DNA of 64,000 nucleotides. It comes from Escherichia coli (GTDB lineage Bacteria; Pseudomonadota; Gammaproteobacteria; Enterobacterales; Enterobacteriaceae). The DNA lies in NCBI RefSeq assembly GCF_044647545.1, contig NZ_CP172818.1, one strand, 5' to 3'. A program made the translations under genes and the position numbers. The stretch's first letter is position 1, and each line of letters begins with the position of its first letter. This document shows, one piece after another, positions 43,296 through 64,000 of the stretch. The notes under the pieces are model-generated. The model was not told where the DNA came from. It saw only the letters and a program-made list of their open reading frames with translations, and ran no database searches.

Positions 43296-44885
43296 TTAAT
43301 GGCGGAAGTGGCGCATGTCGGTGAAGAGCATCGCAATACCGTGCTCGTCGGCGGCGGCAATTACTTCGTCATCACGGATAGAACCGCCAGGCTGGATTAC
43401 ACAGGTCACACCCGCAGCGGCGGCGGCATCAATACCGTCGCGGAACGGGAAGAATGCGTCAGAAGCCATCGAGGAACCTTTCACTTCCAGGCCTTCATCG
43501 GCCGCTTTAATACCGGCGATTTTCGCGGAGTACACACGGCTCATCTGGCCTGCGCCAATACCGATGGTCATATTGTTTTTGGCATAGACGATAGCATTGG
43601 ATTTCACGAACTTCGCCACTTTCCAGCAGAACAGCGCATCACGCAGTTCCTGTTCGCTCGGCTGACGTTTGGTGACGACGCGCAGTTCTTCTGCACCGAC
43701 CATCCCCAGGTCTCGATCCTGAACCAGCAGACCGCCGTTCACGCGTTTGAAATCAAGACCCGGAACACGCTCGCCCCACTGACCGCAGGTCAGGACGCGT
43801 ACGTTCTGTTTGGCGGCGGTGATTTTCAGGGCTTCTTCGCTGGCGGACGGCGCAATAATCACTTCAACAAACTGACGAGAAATGATGGCCTGCGCGGTTT
43901 CCGCATCCAGCTCGCGGTTAAAGGCGATAATGCCGCCGAATGCGGAGGTCGGGTCGGTTTTGTACGCGCGATCGTAAGCATCAAGAATGGAATTGCCGAT
44001 AGCCACGCCGCAAGGGTTGGCGTGCTTCACAATCACACATGCCGGCTCGGCGAACTCTTTCACGCACTCCAGCGCCGCATCGGTATCGGCGATGTTGTTA
44101 TAAGAGAGGGCTTTACCCTGAACCTGGGTTGCGGTAGCAACGGAGGCTTCTTTGACATTCTCTTCTATATAGAAGGCAGCCTGCTGGTGGCTGTTCTCGC
44201 CGTAACGCATATCCTGCTTCTTAATGAAGTTCAGGTTCAGCGTGCGTGGGAAGCGACCGGCGGCTTCTTTGCTTTCACCGTGGTAAGCCGGAACCATGCT
44301 GCCGAAGTAGTTGGCAATCATGCTGTCGTAGGCGGCGGTGTGTTCGAAGGCTTTGATGGCAAGGTCAAAGCGAGTTTCCAGAGTCAGGGAGCCTTCATTG
44401 GCATCTATCTCTTTAATAATGGCGTCGTAGTCGCTGCTCTTCACCACGATGGCGACATCTTTATGGTTCTTGGCGGCAGAGCGCACCATCGTTGGGCCGC
44501 CGATATCGATGTTCTCAACCGCATCTTCCAGCGAGCAACCTTCACGGGCAACGGTCTGGGCGAACGGATACAGGTTAACAACCACCATATCGATAGGCTG
44601 GATCTGATGTTCTTCCATAATGGCATCGTCCTGGCCGCGACGGCCCAGAATGCCACCATGTACTTTCGGATGCAGGGTCTTCACGCGTCCATCCATCATC
44701 TCCGGGAAACCGGTGTAATCGGAAACTTCGGTTACCGGCAGACCTTTTTCTGCTAACAGACGGGCTGTGCCCCCTGTAGACAGCAGCTCCACACCGCGTG
44801 CGGAAAGTGCCTGGGCGAATTCGACGATACCGGCTTTGTCAGAAACACTGAGCAGAGCGCGGCGGACTGGACGACGTTGTTGCAT
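43296..44885 (-). CDS. purH: Bifunctional AICAR transformylase / IMP cyclohydrolase PurH, 529 aa
   Basis: ORF track. Confidence 0.96.
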   Translation of the reverse strand: MQQRRPVRRALLSVSDKAGIVEFAQALSARGVELLSTGGTARLLAEKGLPVTEVSDYTGFPEMMDGRVKTLHPKVHGGILGRRGQDDAIMEEHQIQPIDMVVVNLYPFAQTVAREGCSLEDAVENIDIGGPTMVRSAAKNHKDVAIVVKSSDYDAIIKEIDANEGSLTLETRFDLAIKAFEHTAAYDSMIANYFGSMVPAYHGESKEAAGRFPRTLNLNFIKKQDMRYGENSHQQAAFYIEENVKEASVATATQVQGKALSYNNIADTDAALECVKEFAEPACVIVKHANPCGVAIGNSILDAYDRAYKTDPTSAFGGIIAFNRELDAETAQAIISRQFVEVIIAPSASEEALKITAAKQNVRVLTCGQWGERVPGLDFKRVNGGLLVQDRDLGMVGAEELRVVTKRQPSEQELRDALFCWKVAKFVKSNAIVYAKNNMTIGIGAGQMSRVYSAKIAGIKAADEGLEVKGSSMASDAFFPFRDGIDAAAAAGVTCVIQPGGSIRDDEVIAAADEHGIAMLFTDMRHFRH

Positions 44886-44992
44886 GGTAAATCCCCTGGA
44901 TTTGACTATTACAGAGAGCGTTAGCTGAATTTTTCGCGAAAAACTCAGCTAACGCCCCTAACGGGGCATCCTTATTTTTCGCCCGCATTGTA

Positions 44993-45008
44993 ACGAAAAC
45001 GTTTGCGC
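44993..45008. promoter_or_regulatory. PurR operator (PUR box) upstream of purHD
   Basis: ACGAAAACGTTTGCGC, palindromic around AAACGTTT, close to consensus ACGCAAACGTTTTCGT. Confidence 0.6.
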
Positions 45009-45169
45009 AACGCTCGCGAATTTTTCTCTTTCAATGGTGATCAAAATTTTGACAGTGGTTACCGTGGGAAAAATACAGAAATTACATTGATGATTGTGGA
45101 TAACTCTGTGCGTAAAAAGGTATAAAGCGGGGTTTTGCTGGGGAATGCAGCAGTCAGTCATTTTTCTGC

Positions 45170-45370
45170 AATTTTTCTATTGCGGCCTGCGGAGAACTCC
45201 CTATAATGCGCCTCCATTGACACGGCGGATGTGAATCACTTCACACAAACAGCCGGTTCGGTTGAAGAGAAAAATCCTGAAATTCAGGGTTGACTCTGAA
45301 AGAGGAAAGCGTAATATACGCCACCTCGCGACAGTGAGCTGAAAGCCGCGTCGCAACTGCTCTTTAACAA
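45170..45370 (+). promoter_or_regulatory. rrnE control region: P1 (-35 TTGCGG 45180-45185, -10 TATAAT 45202-45207), P2 (-35 TTGACT 45290-45295, -10 TAATAT 45312-45317), boxA (TGCTCTTTAACAA)
   Basis: Hexamers with 16-nt spacing; boxA antiterminator in leader. Confidence 0.8.
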
Positions 45371-45501
45371 TTTATCAGACAATCTGTGTGGGCACTCGAA
45401 GATACGGATTCTTAACGTCGCAAGACGAAAAATGAATACCAAGTCTCAAGAGTGAACACGTAATTCATTACGAAGTTTAATTCTTTGAGCATCAAACTTT
45501 T

Positions 45502-47043
<1,542 letters not shown>

Positions 47044-47128
47044 CCTTAAAGAAGCGTACTTTGAAGTGCTCACACAGATTGTCTGATAGAAAGTGAAAAG
47101 CAAGGCGTCTTGCGAAGCAGACTGATAC

Positions 47129-47204
47129 GTCCCCTTCGTCTAGAGGCCCAGGACACCGCCCTTTCACGGCGGTAACAGGGGTTCGAATCCCCTAGGGGAC
47201 GCCA
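47129..47204 (+). tRNA. gltV: tRNA-Glu (UUC) in 16S-23S spacer
   Basis: Identical 76-nt sequence to gltT. Confidence 0.97.
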
Positions 47205-47399
47205 CTTGCTGGTTTGTGAGTGAAAGTCACCTGCCTTAATATCTCAAAACTCATCTTCGGGTGACGTTTGAGATATTTGCTCTTTAAAAATCTGGATCAA
47301 GCTGAAAATTGAAACACTGAATAGTCGAAAGATTATTCGTGAGTCTCTCAAATTTTCGCAACACGATGATGAATCGAAAGAAACATCTTCGGGTTGTGA

Positions 47400-50303
<2,904 letters not shown>

Positions 50304-50395
50304 ACAACGCCGAAGGTGTTTTGGCGGATTGAGAGAAGATTTTCAGCCTGATACAGATTAAATCAGAACGCAGAAGCGGTCTGATAAACAGAATT

Positions 50396-50515
50396 TGCCT
50401 GGCGGCCTTAGCGCGGTGGTCCCACCTGACCCCATGCCGAACTCAGAAGTGAAACGCCGTAGCGCCGATGGTAGTGTGGGGTCTCCCCATGCGAGAGTAG
50501 GGAACTGCCAGGCAT
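50396..50515 (+). rRNA. rrfE: 5S ribosomal RNA (rrnE operon), 120 nt
   Basis: Identical to rrfB copy. Confidence 0.97.
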
Positions 50516-50602
50516 CAAATTTAGCAGAAGCCCTGCGCTGGCGCACGCTCCAGCTTCACCGCGCGATAGCACTCGATAGGCGGTCGCACTTACCAGGCCA
50601 GC

Positions 50603-51046
50603 TTATTCCCCCACATATGCCAGATTCAGCAATGGATACGGTTTCCCCAAATCGTCCACCTCAGAGCGTCCCGTAACCTTAAAACCCATCTTCTTATAGA
50701 ACCCAACAGCCTGCTTATTTTGCTCATTAACATTGGTTGTCAGTTCCGGTGCCATCGAGAGCGCATGTTCCACCAGCATCCGGCCCACGCCACAACCGCG
50801 CGCATCAGGATCGACAAAAAGCGCATCCATATGCTGCCCACTTAACAACATAAACCCAACCAGCCGATCCCGCTCATTAACCGCGACCCACAACGGCGCT
50901 TCCGGCAAGAAGGAACGAACTAGCTCCTCCAGCTCGGCCCGATACTCTGCTGATAAAAAATCGTGAGTGGCATCGACAGAACGACACCAAATCGCAACGA
51001 GTTCCTCCCCTTCCTCATGCCGTGAGCGGCGAATACTAATAACCAT
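50603..51046 (-). CDS. yjaB: GNAT-family N-acetyltransferase YjaB, 147 aa
   Basis: ORF track; GNAT acetyl-CoA motif (R/Q-x-x-G-x-G/A: RGCGVGRML). Confidence 0.92.
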   Translation of the reverse strand: MVISIRRSRHEEGEELVAIWCRSVDATHDFLSAEYRAELEELVRSFLPEAPLWVAVNERDRLVGFMLLSGQHMDALFVDPDARGCGVGRMLVEHALSMAPELTTNVNEQNKQAVGFYKKMGFKVTGRSEVDDLGKPYPLLNLAYVGE

Positions 51047-51150
51047 TTTCTCTCCTTTTCGTCATTCTTATATTCTAACGTAGCCTTTTCCTTGAAACTT
51101 TCTCACCTTCAACATGCAGACTCGACATTGGCAAATTTTCTGGTTATCTT

Positions 51151-51182
51151 CAGCTATCTGGATGTCTAAACGTATAAGCGTA
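51151..51182 (+). promoter_or_regulatory. Probable MetJ operator (tandem degenerate met boxes) upstream of metA
   Basis: Four tandem 8-mers AGCTATCT-GGATGTCT-AAACGTAT-AAGCGTAT, each 5-6/8 to AGACGTCT, 20-50 nt upstream of metA ATG. Confidence 0.45.
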
Positions 51183-51202
51183 TGTAGTGAGGTAATCAGG
51201 TT

Positions 51203-52132
51203 ATGCCGATTCGTGTGCCGGACGAGCTACCCGCCGTCAATTTCTTGCGTGAAGAAAACGTCTTTGTGATGACAACTTCTCGTGCGTCTGGTCAGGAAAT
51301 TCGTCCGCTAAAGGTACTTATCCTTAACCTGATGCCGAAGAAGATCGAAACTGAAAATCAGTTTCTGCGCCTGCTTTCAAACTCACCTTTGCAGGTCGAT
51401 ATTCAGCTGTTGCGCATTGATTCCCGTGAATCGCGCAACACGCCCGCAGAGCATCTGAATAACTTCTACTGTAACTTTGAAGATATTCAGGAACAAAACT
51501 TTGACGGTCTGATAGTTACCGGCGCGCCGCTGGGCCTGGTGGAGTTTAATGATGTCGCTTACTGGCCGCAGATCAAACAGGTGCTGGAGTGGTCGAAAGA
51601 TCACGTCACCTCGACGCTGTTTGTCTGCTGGGCGGTACAGGCCGCGCTAAATATCCTCTACGGCATTCCTAAGCAAACTCGCACCGACAAACTCTCTGGC
51701 GTTTACGAGCATCATATTCTCCATCCTCATGCGCTTCTGACGCGTGGCTTTGATGATTCATTCCTGGCACCGCATTCGCGCTATGCTGACTTTCCGGCAG
51801 CGTTGATTCGTGATTACACCGATCTGGAAATTCTGGCAGAGACGGAAGAAGGGGATGCATATCTGTTTGCCAGCAAAGATAAGCGCATTGCCTTTGTGAC
51901 GGGCCATCCCGAATATGATGCGCAAACGCTGGCGCAGGAATATTTCCGCGATGTGGAAGCCGGACTAGACCCGGAAGTACCGTATAACTATTTCCCGCAC
52001 AATGATCCGCAAAACAAACCGCGAGCGAGCTGGCGTAGTCACGGTAATTTGCTGTTTACCAACTGGCTCAACTATTACGTCTACCAGATCACGCCATACG
52101 ATCTACGGCACATGAATCCAACGCTGGATTAA
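51203..52132 (+). CDS. metA: Homoserine O-succinyltransferase MetA, 309 aa
   Basis: ORF track. Confidence 0.96.
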   Translation: MPIRVPDELPAVNFLREENVFVMTTSRASGQEIRPLKVLILNLMPKKIETENQFLRLLSNSPLQVDIQLLRIDSRESRNTPAEHLNNFYCNFEDIQEQNFDGLIVTGAPLGLVEFNDVAYWPQIKQVLEWSKDHVTSTLFVCWAVQAALNILYGIPKQTRTDKLSGVYEHHILHPHALLTRGFDDSFLAPHSRYADFPAALIRDYTDLEILAETEEGDAYLFASKDKRIAFVTGHPEYDAQTLAQEYFRDVEAGLDPEVPYNYFPHNDPQNKPRASWRSHGNLLFTNWLNYYVYQITPYDLRHMNPTLD

Positions 52133-52176
52133 TCTTCTGTGATAGTCGATCGTTAAGCGATTCAGCACCTTACCTC

Positions 52177-52200
52177 AGGCACCTTCGGGTGCCTTTTTTA
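52177..52200 (+). terminator. metA intrinsic terminator
   Basis: AGGCACC-TTCG-GGTGCCT followed by TTTTTTA. Confidence 0.85.
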
Positions 52201-52276
52201 TTTCCGAAACGCACCTCAGTAGGTGAATAAAATTTATTCATATTGTTATCAATAAGTTATCAAGTATTTTTAATTA

Positions 52277-52313
52277 AAATGGAAATTGTTTTTGATTTTG
52301 CATTTTAAATGAG
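52277..52313 (+). promoter_or_regulatory. aceBAK promoter region with putative IclR operator
   Basis: AAAATGGAAATTGTTTTTGATTTTGCATTTTAAATGAG contains TGGAAAT half-site; ~90 nt upstream of aceB ATG. Confidence 0.45.
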
Positions 52314-52400
52314 TAGTCTTAGTTGTGCTGAACGAAAAGCGCACAACAATCCTTCGTTCACAGTGGGGAAGTTTTCGGATCCATGACGAGGAGCTGCACG

Positions 52401-54002
52401 ATGACTGAACAGGCAACAACAACCGATGAACTGGCTTTCATAAGGCCGTATGGCGAGCAGGAGAAGCAAATTCTTACTGCCGAAGCGGTAGAATTTCTGA
52501 CTGAGCTGGTGACGCATTTTACGCCACAACGCAATAAACTTCTGGCAGCGCGCATTCAGCAGCAGCAGGATATCGATAACGGAACGTTGCCTGATTTTAT
52601 TTCGGAAACAGCTTCCATTCGTGATGCTGACTGGAAAATTCGTGGTATTCCCGCGGACTTACAAGATCGTCGGGTAGAGATTACCGGCCCGGTTGAGCGC
52701 AAGATGGTGATCAACGCGCTCAACGCCAATGTGAAAGTCTTTATGGCCGATTTCGAAGATTCACTGGCCCCGGACTGGAACAAAGTGATCGATGGGCAAA
52801 TTAACCTGCGCGATGCGGTTAACGGCACCATCAGCTATAGCAATGAAGCAGGCAAAATTTATCAGCTCAAGCCCAATCCAGCGGTTTTGATTTGTCGGGT
52901 ACGCGGTCTGCACTTGCCGGAAAAACATGTCACCTGGCGTGGTGAGGCAATCCCCGGTAGCCTGTTTGATTTTGCGCTCTATTTCTTCCACAACTATCAG
53001 GCACTGTTGGCAAAGGGCAGCGGTCCCTATTTCTATCTGCCGAAAACCCAGTCCTGGCAGGAAGCGGCCTGGTGGAGCGAAGTCTTCAGCTATGCAGAAG
53101 ATCGCTTTAATCTGCCGCGCGGCACCATCAAGGCGACGTTGCTGATTGAAACGCTGCCCGCCGTGTTCCAGATGGATGAAATCCTTCACGCGCTGCGTGA
53201 CCATATTGTTGGTCTGAACTGCGGTCGTTGGGATTACATCTTCAGTTATATCAAAACGCTGAAAAACTATCCCGATCGCGTCCTGCCAGATAGACAGGCA
53301 GTGACGATGGATAAACCCTTCCTGAATGCTTACTCACGCCTGTTGATTAAAACCTGCCATAAACGCGGTGCTTTTGCGATGGGCGGTATGGCGGCATTTA
53401 TTCCGAGCAAAGATGAAGAGCGCAATAACCAGGTGCTCAACAAAGTAAAAGCGGATAAATCGCTGGAAGCTAATAACGGTCACGATGGCACATGGATTGC
53501 CCACCCAGGCCTTGCGGATACGGCAATGGCGGTATTCAACGACATTCTCGGCTCCCGTAAAAATCAGCTTGAAGTGATGCGCGAACAAGACGCGCCGATT
53601 ACTGCCGATCAGCTGCTGGCACCTTGTGATGGTGAACGCACCGAAGAAGGTATGCGCGCCAACATTCGCGTGGCTGTGCAGTACATCGAAGCGTGGATCT
53701 CTGGCAATGGCTGTGTGCCGATTTATGGCCTGATGGAAGATGCGGCGACGGCTGAAATTTCCCGTACCTCAATCTGGCAGTGGATCCATCATCAAAAAAC
53801 GTTGAGCAATGGCAAACCGGTGACTAAAGCCTTGTTCCGCCAGATGCTGGGCGAAGAGATGAAAGTCATTGCCAGCGAACTGGGCGAAGAACGTTTCTCC
53901 CAGGGGCGTTTTGACGATGCCGCACGCTTGATGGAACAGATCACCACTTCCGATGAGTTAATTGATTTCCTGACCCTGCCAGGCTACCGCCTGTTAGCGT
54001 AA
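52401..54002 (+). CDS. aceB: Malate synthase A, 533 aa
   Basis: ORF track 52383..54002; start set at ATG 52401 ([13 protein letters not shown]...). Confidence 0.95.
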   Translation: MTEQATTTDELAFIRPYGEQEKQILTAEAVEFLTELVTHFTPQRNKLLAARIQQQQDIDNGTLPDFISETASIRDADWKIRGIPADLQDRRVEITGPVERKMVINALNANVKVFMADFEDSLAPDWNKVIDGQINLRDAVNGTISYSNEAGKIYQLKPNPAVLICRVRGLHLPEKHVTWRGEAIPGSLFDFALYFFHNYQALLAKGSGPYFYLPKTQSWQEAAWWSEVFSYAEDRFNLPRGTIKATLLIETLPAVFQMDEILHALRDHIVGLNCGRWDYIFSYIKTLKNYPDRVLPDRQAVTMDKPFLNAYSRLLIKTCHKRGAFAMGGMAAFIPSKDEERNNQVLNKVKADKSLEANNGHDGTWIAHPGLADTAMAVFNDILGSRKNQLEVMREQDAPITADQLLAPCDGERTEEGMRANIRVAVQYIEAWISGNGCVPIYGLMEDAATAEISRTSIWQWIHHQKTLSNGKPVTKALFRQMLGEEMKVIASELGEERFSQGRFDDAARLMEQITTSDELIDFLTLPGYRLLA

Positions 54003-54031
54003 ACCACCACATAACTATGGAGCATCTGCAC

Positions 54032-55336
54032 ATGAAAACCCGTACACAACAAATTGAAGAATTACAGAAAGAGTGGACTCAACCGCGTTGGGAAGGCATT
54101 ACTCGCCCGTACAGCGCGGAAGATGTGGTGAAATTACGCGGTTCAGTCAATCCTGAATGCACGCTGGCGCAACTGGGTGCGGCGAAAATGTGGCGTCTGC
54201 TGCACGGCGAGTCGAAAAAAGGCTACATCAACAGCCTCGGTGCACTGACTGGCGGTCAGGCGCTGCAACAGGCGAAAGCGGGTATTGAAGCAGTCTATCT
54301 GTCGGGATGGCAGGTAGCGGCGGACGCTAACCTGGCGGCCAGCATGTATCCGGATCAGTCGCTCTATCCGGCAAACTCGGTGCCAGCTGTGGTGGAGCGG
54401 ATCAACAACACCTTCCGCCGTGCGGATCAGATCCAATGGTCCGCAGGCATTGAGCCGGGCGATCCGCGCTATGTCGATTACTTCCTGCCGATCGTTGCCG
54501 ATGCGGAAGCCGGTTTTGGCGGTGTCCTGAATGCCTTTGAACTGATGAAAGCGATGATTGAAGCCGGTGCAGCGGCAGTTCACTTCGAAGATCAGCTGGC
54601 ATCAGTGAAGAAATGCGGTCACATGGGCGGCAAAGTTTTAGTGCCAACTCAGGAAGCTATTCAGAAACTGGTCGCGGCGCGTCTGGCAGCTGACGTGACG
54701 GGCGTTCCAACCCTGCTGGTTGCTCGTACCGATGCCGATGCGGCGGATCTGATTACCTCCGATTGCGACCCATATGACAGCGAATTTATTACCGGCGAGC
54801 GTACCAGCGAAGGCTTCTTCCGTACTCATGCAGGTATTGAACAAGCGATCAGCCGTGGCCTGGCGTATGCGCCATATGCTGACCTGGTATGGTGTGAAAC
54901 CTCCACGCCGGATCTGGAACTGGCGCGTCGCTTTGCACAAGCCATCCACGCGAAATATCCGGGCAAACTGCTGGCTTATAACTGCTCGCCGTCGTTCAAC
55001 TGGCAGAAAAACCTCGACGACAAAACTATTGCCAGCTTCCAGCAGCAGCTGTCGGATATGGGCTACAAGTTCCAGTTCATCACCCTGGCAGGCATCCACA
55101 GCATGTGGTTTAACATGTTCGATCTGGCAAACGCCTATGCCCAGGGCGAAGGTATGAAGCACTACGTTGAGAAAGTGCAGCAGCCGGAATTTGCCGCCGC
55201 GAAAGATGGCTATACCTTCGTATCTCACCAGCAGGAAGTGGGTACAGGTTACTTCGATAAAGTGACGACCATTATTCAGGGCGGCACGTCTTCAGTCACC
55301 GCGCTGACCGGCTCCACTGAAGAATCGCAGTTCTAA
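54032..55336 (+). CDS. aceA: Isocitrate lyase, 434 aa
   Basis: ORF track 54017..55336; start at ATG 54032 ([15 protein letters not shown]...); KKCGH active-site motif. Confidence 0.96.
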   Translation: MKTRTQQIEELQKEWTQPRWEGITRPYSAEDVVKLRGSVNPECTLAQLGAAKMWRLLHGESKKGYINSLGALTGGQALQQAKAGIEAVYLSGWQVAADANLAASMYPDQSLYPANSVPAVVERINNTFRRADQIQWSAGIEPGDPRYVDYFLPIVADAEAGFGGVLNAFELMKAMIEAGAAAVHFEDQLASVKKCGHMGGKVLVPTQEAIQKLVAARLAADVTGVPTLLVARTDADAADLITSDCDPYDSEFITGERTSEGFFRTHAGIEQAISRGLAYAPYADLVWCETSTPDLELARRFAQAIHAKYPGKLLAYNCSPSFNWQKNLDDKTIASFQQQLSDMGYKFQFITLAGIHSMWFNMFDLANAYAQGEGMKHYVEKVQQPEFAAAKDGYTFVSHQQEVGTGYFDKVTTIIQGGTSSVTALTGSTEESQF

Positions 55337-55357
55337 GCAACCTACAAACGTTGCTGA

Positions 55358-55397
55358 CTGTAGGCCACGGATAAGGCATTTACGCCGCATCCGGCAA
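55358..55397. repeat. REP (repetitive extragenic palindromic) element between aceA and aceK
   Basis: CTGTAGGCCACGGATAAGGCATTTACGCCGCATCCGGCAA, canonical REP-like palindrome. Confidence 0.7.
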
Positions 55398-55423
55398 TTC
55401 TCTGCTCCTGATGAGGGCGCTAA

Positions 55424-57968
<2,545 letters not shown>

Positions 57969-57991
57969 GACAGTCTCCTTTTTCTGTATCG

Positions 57992-58006
57992 TGGAAATCA
58001 TTTTCA
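57992..58006. promoter_or_regulatory. Putative IclR autoregulatory operator upstream of iclR
   Basis: TGGAAATCATTTTCA, near-palindromic match to IclR box TGGAAAT-N-ATTTCCA, 24-38 nt upstream of iclR start. Confidence 0.45.
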
Positions 58007-58167
58007 TTTTTATTGTTAGCTAATGCAATAGTTGCTGAACTGATCCGATGAGTTAATGTTGAACAAATCTCATGTTGCGTGGTGGTCGCTTTTACCACAG
58101 ATGCGTTTATGCCAGTATGGTTTGTTGAATTTTTATTAAATCTGGGTTGAGCGTGTCGGGAGCAAGT

Positions 58168-61851
<3,684 letters not shown>

Positions 61852-61883
61852 TTCACAAATCTGTCACTTTTCCTTACAACAAA

Positions 61884-61917
61884 CAGGGCGCTCAATGAGT
61901 GCCCTGTCTCTTTATTA
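61884..61917 (+). terminator. Probable metH terminator
   Basis: CAGGGC-GCTCAATGAGT-GCCCTG hairpin followed by TCTCTTTATT. Confidence 0.45.
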
Positions 61918-62070
61918 ATATGAAACACTTATACTGGAAACAGGCTGGAATAATCTTAGCCGGAAAAACGAATGTCAAAAGGCACAGTAAAGATGCCAGT
62001 CAGCGTGTTTCCGGTCCTTTGGTCATTCAATTGCTTCAGGAACATATAACGATAAGGAGAACCTGAACTC

Positions 62071-63702
62071 GTGTTAACGCTGCTTCACCTGCTTTCTGCC
62101 GTCGCCCTGCTGGTCTGGGGGACTCATATTGTTCGAACCGGCGTAATGCGCGTCTTCGGCGCGCGTCTGCGTACTGTTCTTAGCCGAAGCGTCGAAAAGA
62201 AGCCGCTCGCCTTTTGCGCGGGGATAGGCGTTACCGCACTGGTGCAGAGCAGTAATGCCACCACCATGCTGGTGACCTCGTTTGTCGCTCAGGATCTGGT
62301 AGCCCTCGCACCGGCTCTGGTGATTGTGCTGGGTGCAGATGTCGGGACGGCGCTAATGGCGCGTATTCTCACCTTCGACTTATCCTGGCTGTCACCGTTA
62401 CTTATTTTTATCGGCGTGATTTTTTTCCTCGGACGCAAACAGTCACGCGCCGGGCAACTGGGCCGCGTCGGTATTGGTCTTGGGCTGATTTTGCTGGCGC
62501 TGGAGTTGATTGTGCAGGCCGTAACGCCGATCACCCAGGCAAACGGCGTTCAGGTGATCTTTGCCTCGCTGACCGGCGATATTCTGCTGGATGCGCTGAT
62601 TGGCGCGATGTTCGCCATTATCAGCTACTCCAGCCTTGCTGCTGTACTGCTGACCGCGACTCTGACCGCCGCAGGCATTATCTCCTTCCCCGTGGCGCTC
62701 TGTCTGGTGATTGGTGCTAACCTCGGTTCCGGTCTGCTGGCGATGCTCAACAACAGTGCCGCCAATGCCGCAGCCCGCCGTGTCGCGCTGGGTAGCCTGC
62801 TGTTTAAGCTGGTGGGTAGCCTGATTATCCTGCCGTTTGTTCATTTGCTGGCAGAGACAATGGGGAAGTTGCCATTGCCAAAAGCGGAACTGGTGATCTA
62901 TTTCCACGTCTTCTACAACCTTGTACGCTGCCTGGTCATGTTGCCATTCGTTGACCCGATGGCACGGTTTTGCAAAACGATTATTCGCGATGAACCGGAA
63001 CTGGATACCCAGCTACGGCCTAAACATCTGGATGTCAGCGCGCTGGATACGCCCACGCTTGCTCTGGCGAACGCTGCCCGCGAAACCCTGCGCATTGGCG
63101 ACGCCATGGAACAGATGATGGAAGGGTTGAATAAAGTGATGCACGGCGAGCCACGGCAGGAGAAAGAGCTGCGTAAGCTGGCTGATGATATCAACGTTCT
63201 CTATACCGCCATTAAGCTGTATCTGGCGCGGATGCCAAAAGAAGAGCTGGCGGAGGAAGAGTCGCGCCGCTGGGCGGAGATCATCGAAATGTCGCTCAAC
63301 CTTGAACAGGCCTCCGATATCGTCGAGCGCATGGGGAGCGAAATTGCCGATAAATCGCTGGCAGCACGGCGGGCATTTTCGCTTGATGGCTTGAAGGAAC
63401 TGGATGCGCTCTATGAGCAATTGCTCAGTAATTTAAAACTGGCAATGTCGGTTTTCTTCTCTGGCGATGTTACCAGCGCCCGTCGTTTGCGCCGCAGCAA
63501 GCATCGCTTTCGCATTCTTAATCGCCGTTATTCCCATGCTCACGTCGATCGCCTGCATCAGCAAAACGTGCAAAGCATTGAAACCAGTTCGCTACATTTA
63601 GGCTTACTGGGAGATATGCAGCGTCTGAACTCGCTGTTTTGTTCGGTGGCTTACAGTGTGCTGGAACAGCCGGATGAAGACGAAGGACGGGACGAGTATT
63701 AA
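62071..63702 (+). CDS. yjbB: Na+/phosphate cotransporter family (PNaS) membrane protein YjbB, 543 aa
   Basis: ORF track (GTG start); polytopic N-terminal domain plus PhoU-like C-terminal domain. Confidence 0.92.
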   Translation: MLTLLHLLSAVALLVWGTHIVRTGVMRVFGARLRTVLSRSVEKKPLAFCAGIGVTALVQSSNATTMLVTSFVAQDLVALAPALVIVLGADVGTALMARILTFDLSWLSPLLIFIGVIFFLGRKQSRAGQLGRVGIGLGLILLALELIVQAVTPITQANGVQVIFASLTGDILLDALIGAMFAIISYSSLAAVLLTATLTAAGIISFPVALCLVIGANLGSGLLAMLNNSAANAAARRVALGSLLFKLVGSLIILPFVHLLAETMGKLPLPKAELVIYFHVFYNLVRCLVMLPFVDPMARFCKTIIRDEPELDTQLRPKHLDVSALDTPTLALANAARETLRIGDAMEQMMEGLNKVMHGEPRQEKELRKLADDINVLYTAIKLYLARMPKEELAEEESRRWAEIIEMSLNLEQASDIVERMGSEIADKSLAARRAFSLDGLKELDALYEQLLSNLKLAMSVFFSGDVTSARRLRRSKHRFRILNRRYSHAHVDRLHQQNVQSIETSSLHLGLLGDMQRLNSLFCSVAYSVLEQPDEDEGRDEY

Positions 63703-63712
63703 TACCGTGACC

Positions 63713-63788
63713 CTGTAGGCCTGATAAGACGCGTAAAGCGTCGCATCAGGCACGATGAACAAGATGCCGGATCATGCATCCGGCAATT
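63713..63788. repeat. Two REP-like palindromes between yjbB and pepE
   Basis: CTGTAGGCCTGATAAGACGCGTAAAGCGTCGCATCAGGCA and ATGCCGGATCATGCATCCGGCAAT. Confidence 0.7.
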
Positions 63789-63791
63789 CAT

Positions 63792-64000
63792 TTAAAAACG
63801 GTGACCCGCTTCCAGCGGCACCGCTTCTTCACCAGCCTTAAACACATAAGTGGTGTTCGGGCCACCCAGCGTAGCGTGACCTTTACTCACCGTGATCCAG
63901 TTACCTTCCGGTAGACCAATAATTGTGAGTTCTGGCGCGACGACCAGCAGTTCGCGAATACGCTGCTCACGCGTTTCACCTTTATGGCCTTCCGGCAGCG
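63792..64000 (-). CDS. pepE: Peptidase E (alpha-aspartyl dipeptidase) PepE, 3' portion; 5' end beyond window end
   Basis: Reverse strand reads ...PLEAGHRF-stop with stop codon at 63792-63794; conserved position after yjbB; too short for ORF track. Confidence 0.7.

Noticed and set aside
42109-44756. 288-aa and 594-aa plus-strand ORFs antisense to purD and purH
   Set aside because: Shadow ORFs opposite well-defined purDH genes; no plausible promoter or RBS.

Overview
This 64-kb window is ordinary, densely packed Escherichia coli core chromosome (the K-12 ~90-min region), not an accessory island, and I found no novel or undescribed system in it. Gene order on the + strand unless noted: fabR(partial)-yijD-trmA(-)-btuB-murI-rrnB operon (16S, tRNA-Glu, 23S, 5S)-murB-birA-coaA(-)-thrU-tyrU-glyT-thrT-tufB-secE-nusG-rplKAJL-rpoBC-thiHGSFEC(-)-rsd(-)-nudC-hemE-nfi-yjaG-hupA-yjaH-zraP(-)-zraSR-purDH(-)-rrnE operon-yjaB(-)-metA-aceBAK-iclR(-)-metH-yjbB-pepE(-, partial). 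Every large ORF is accounted for by a known housekeeping gene; there are no integrase or transposase ORFs, no CRISPR array and no unexplained gene-sized gaps. Recognisable RNA regulators are the btuB cobalamin riboswitch and the thiC TPP riboswitch. The most informative observations are strain-level differences from K-12 MG1655, all judged from my recollection of K-12 rather than an alignment: three K-12 genes are missing (yjaZ/htrC between rpoC and thiH, yjaA between rrfE and yjaB, arpA between aceK and iclR), AceK has a different C-terminal tail and overlaps iclR convergently, and the rrnB terminator region is compacted. Absence of both arpA and yjaA suggests a Clermont phylogroup F- or B2-like background. 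CDS coordinates follow the supplied ORF track with starts corrected where the track's longest ORF overshoots the recognisable protein N-terminus; RNA and regulatory coordinates were read from the sequence and may be off by a few bases.
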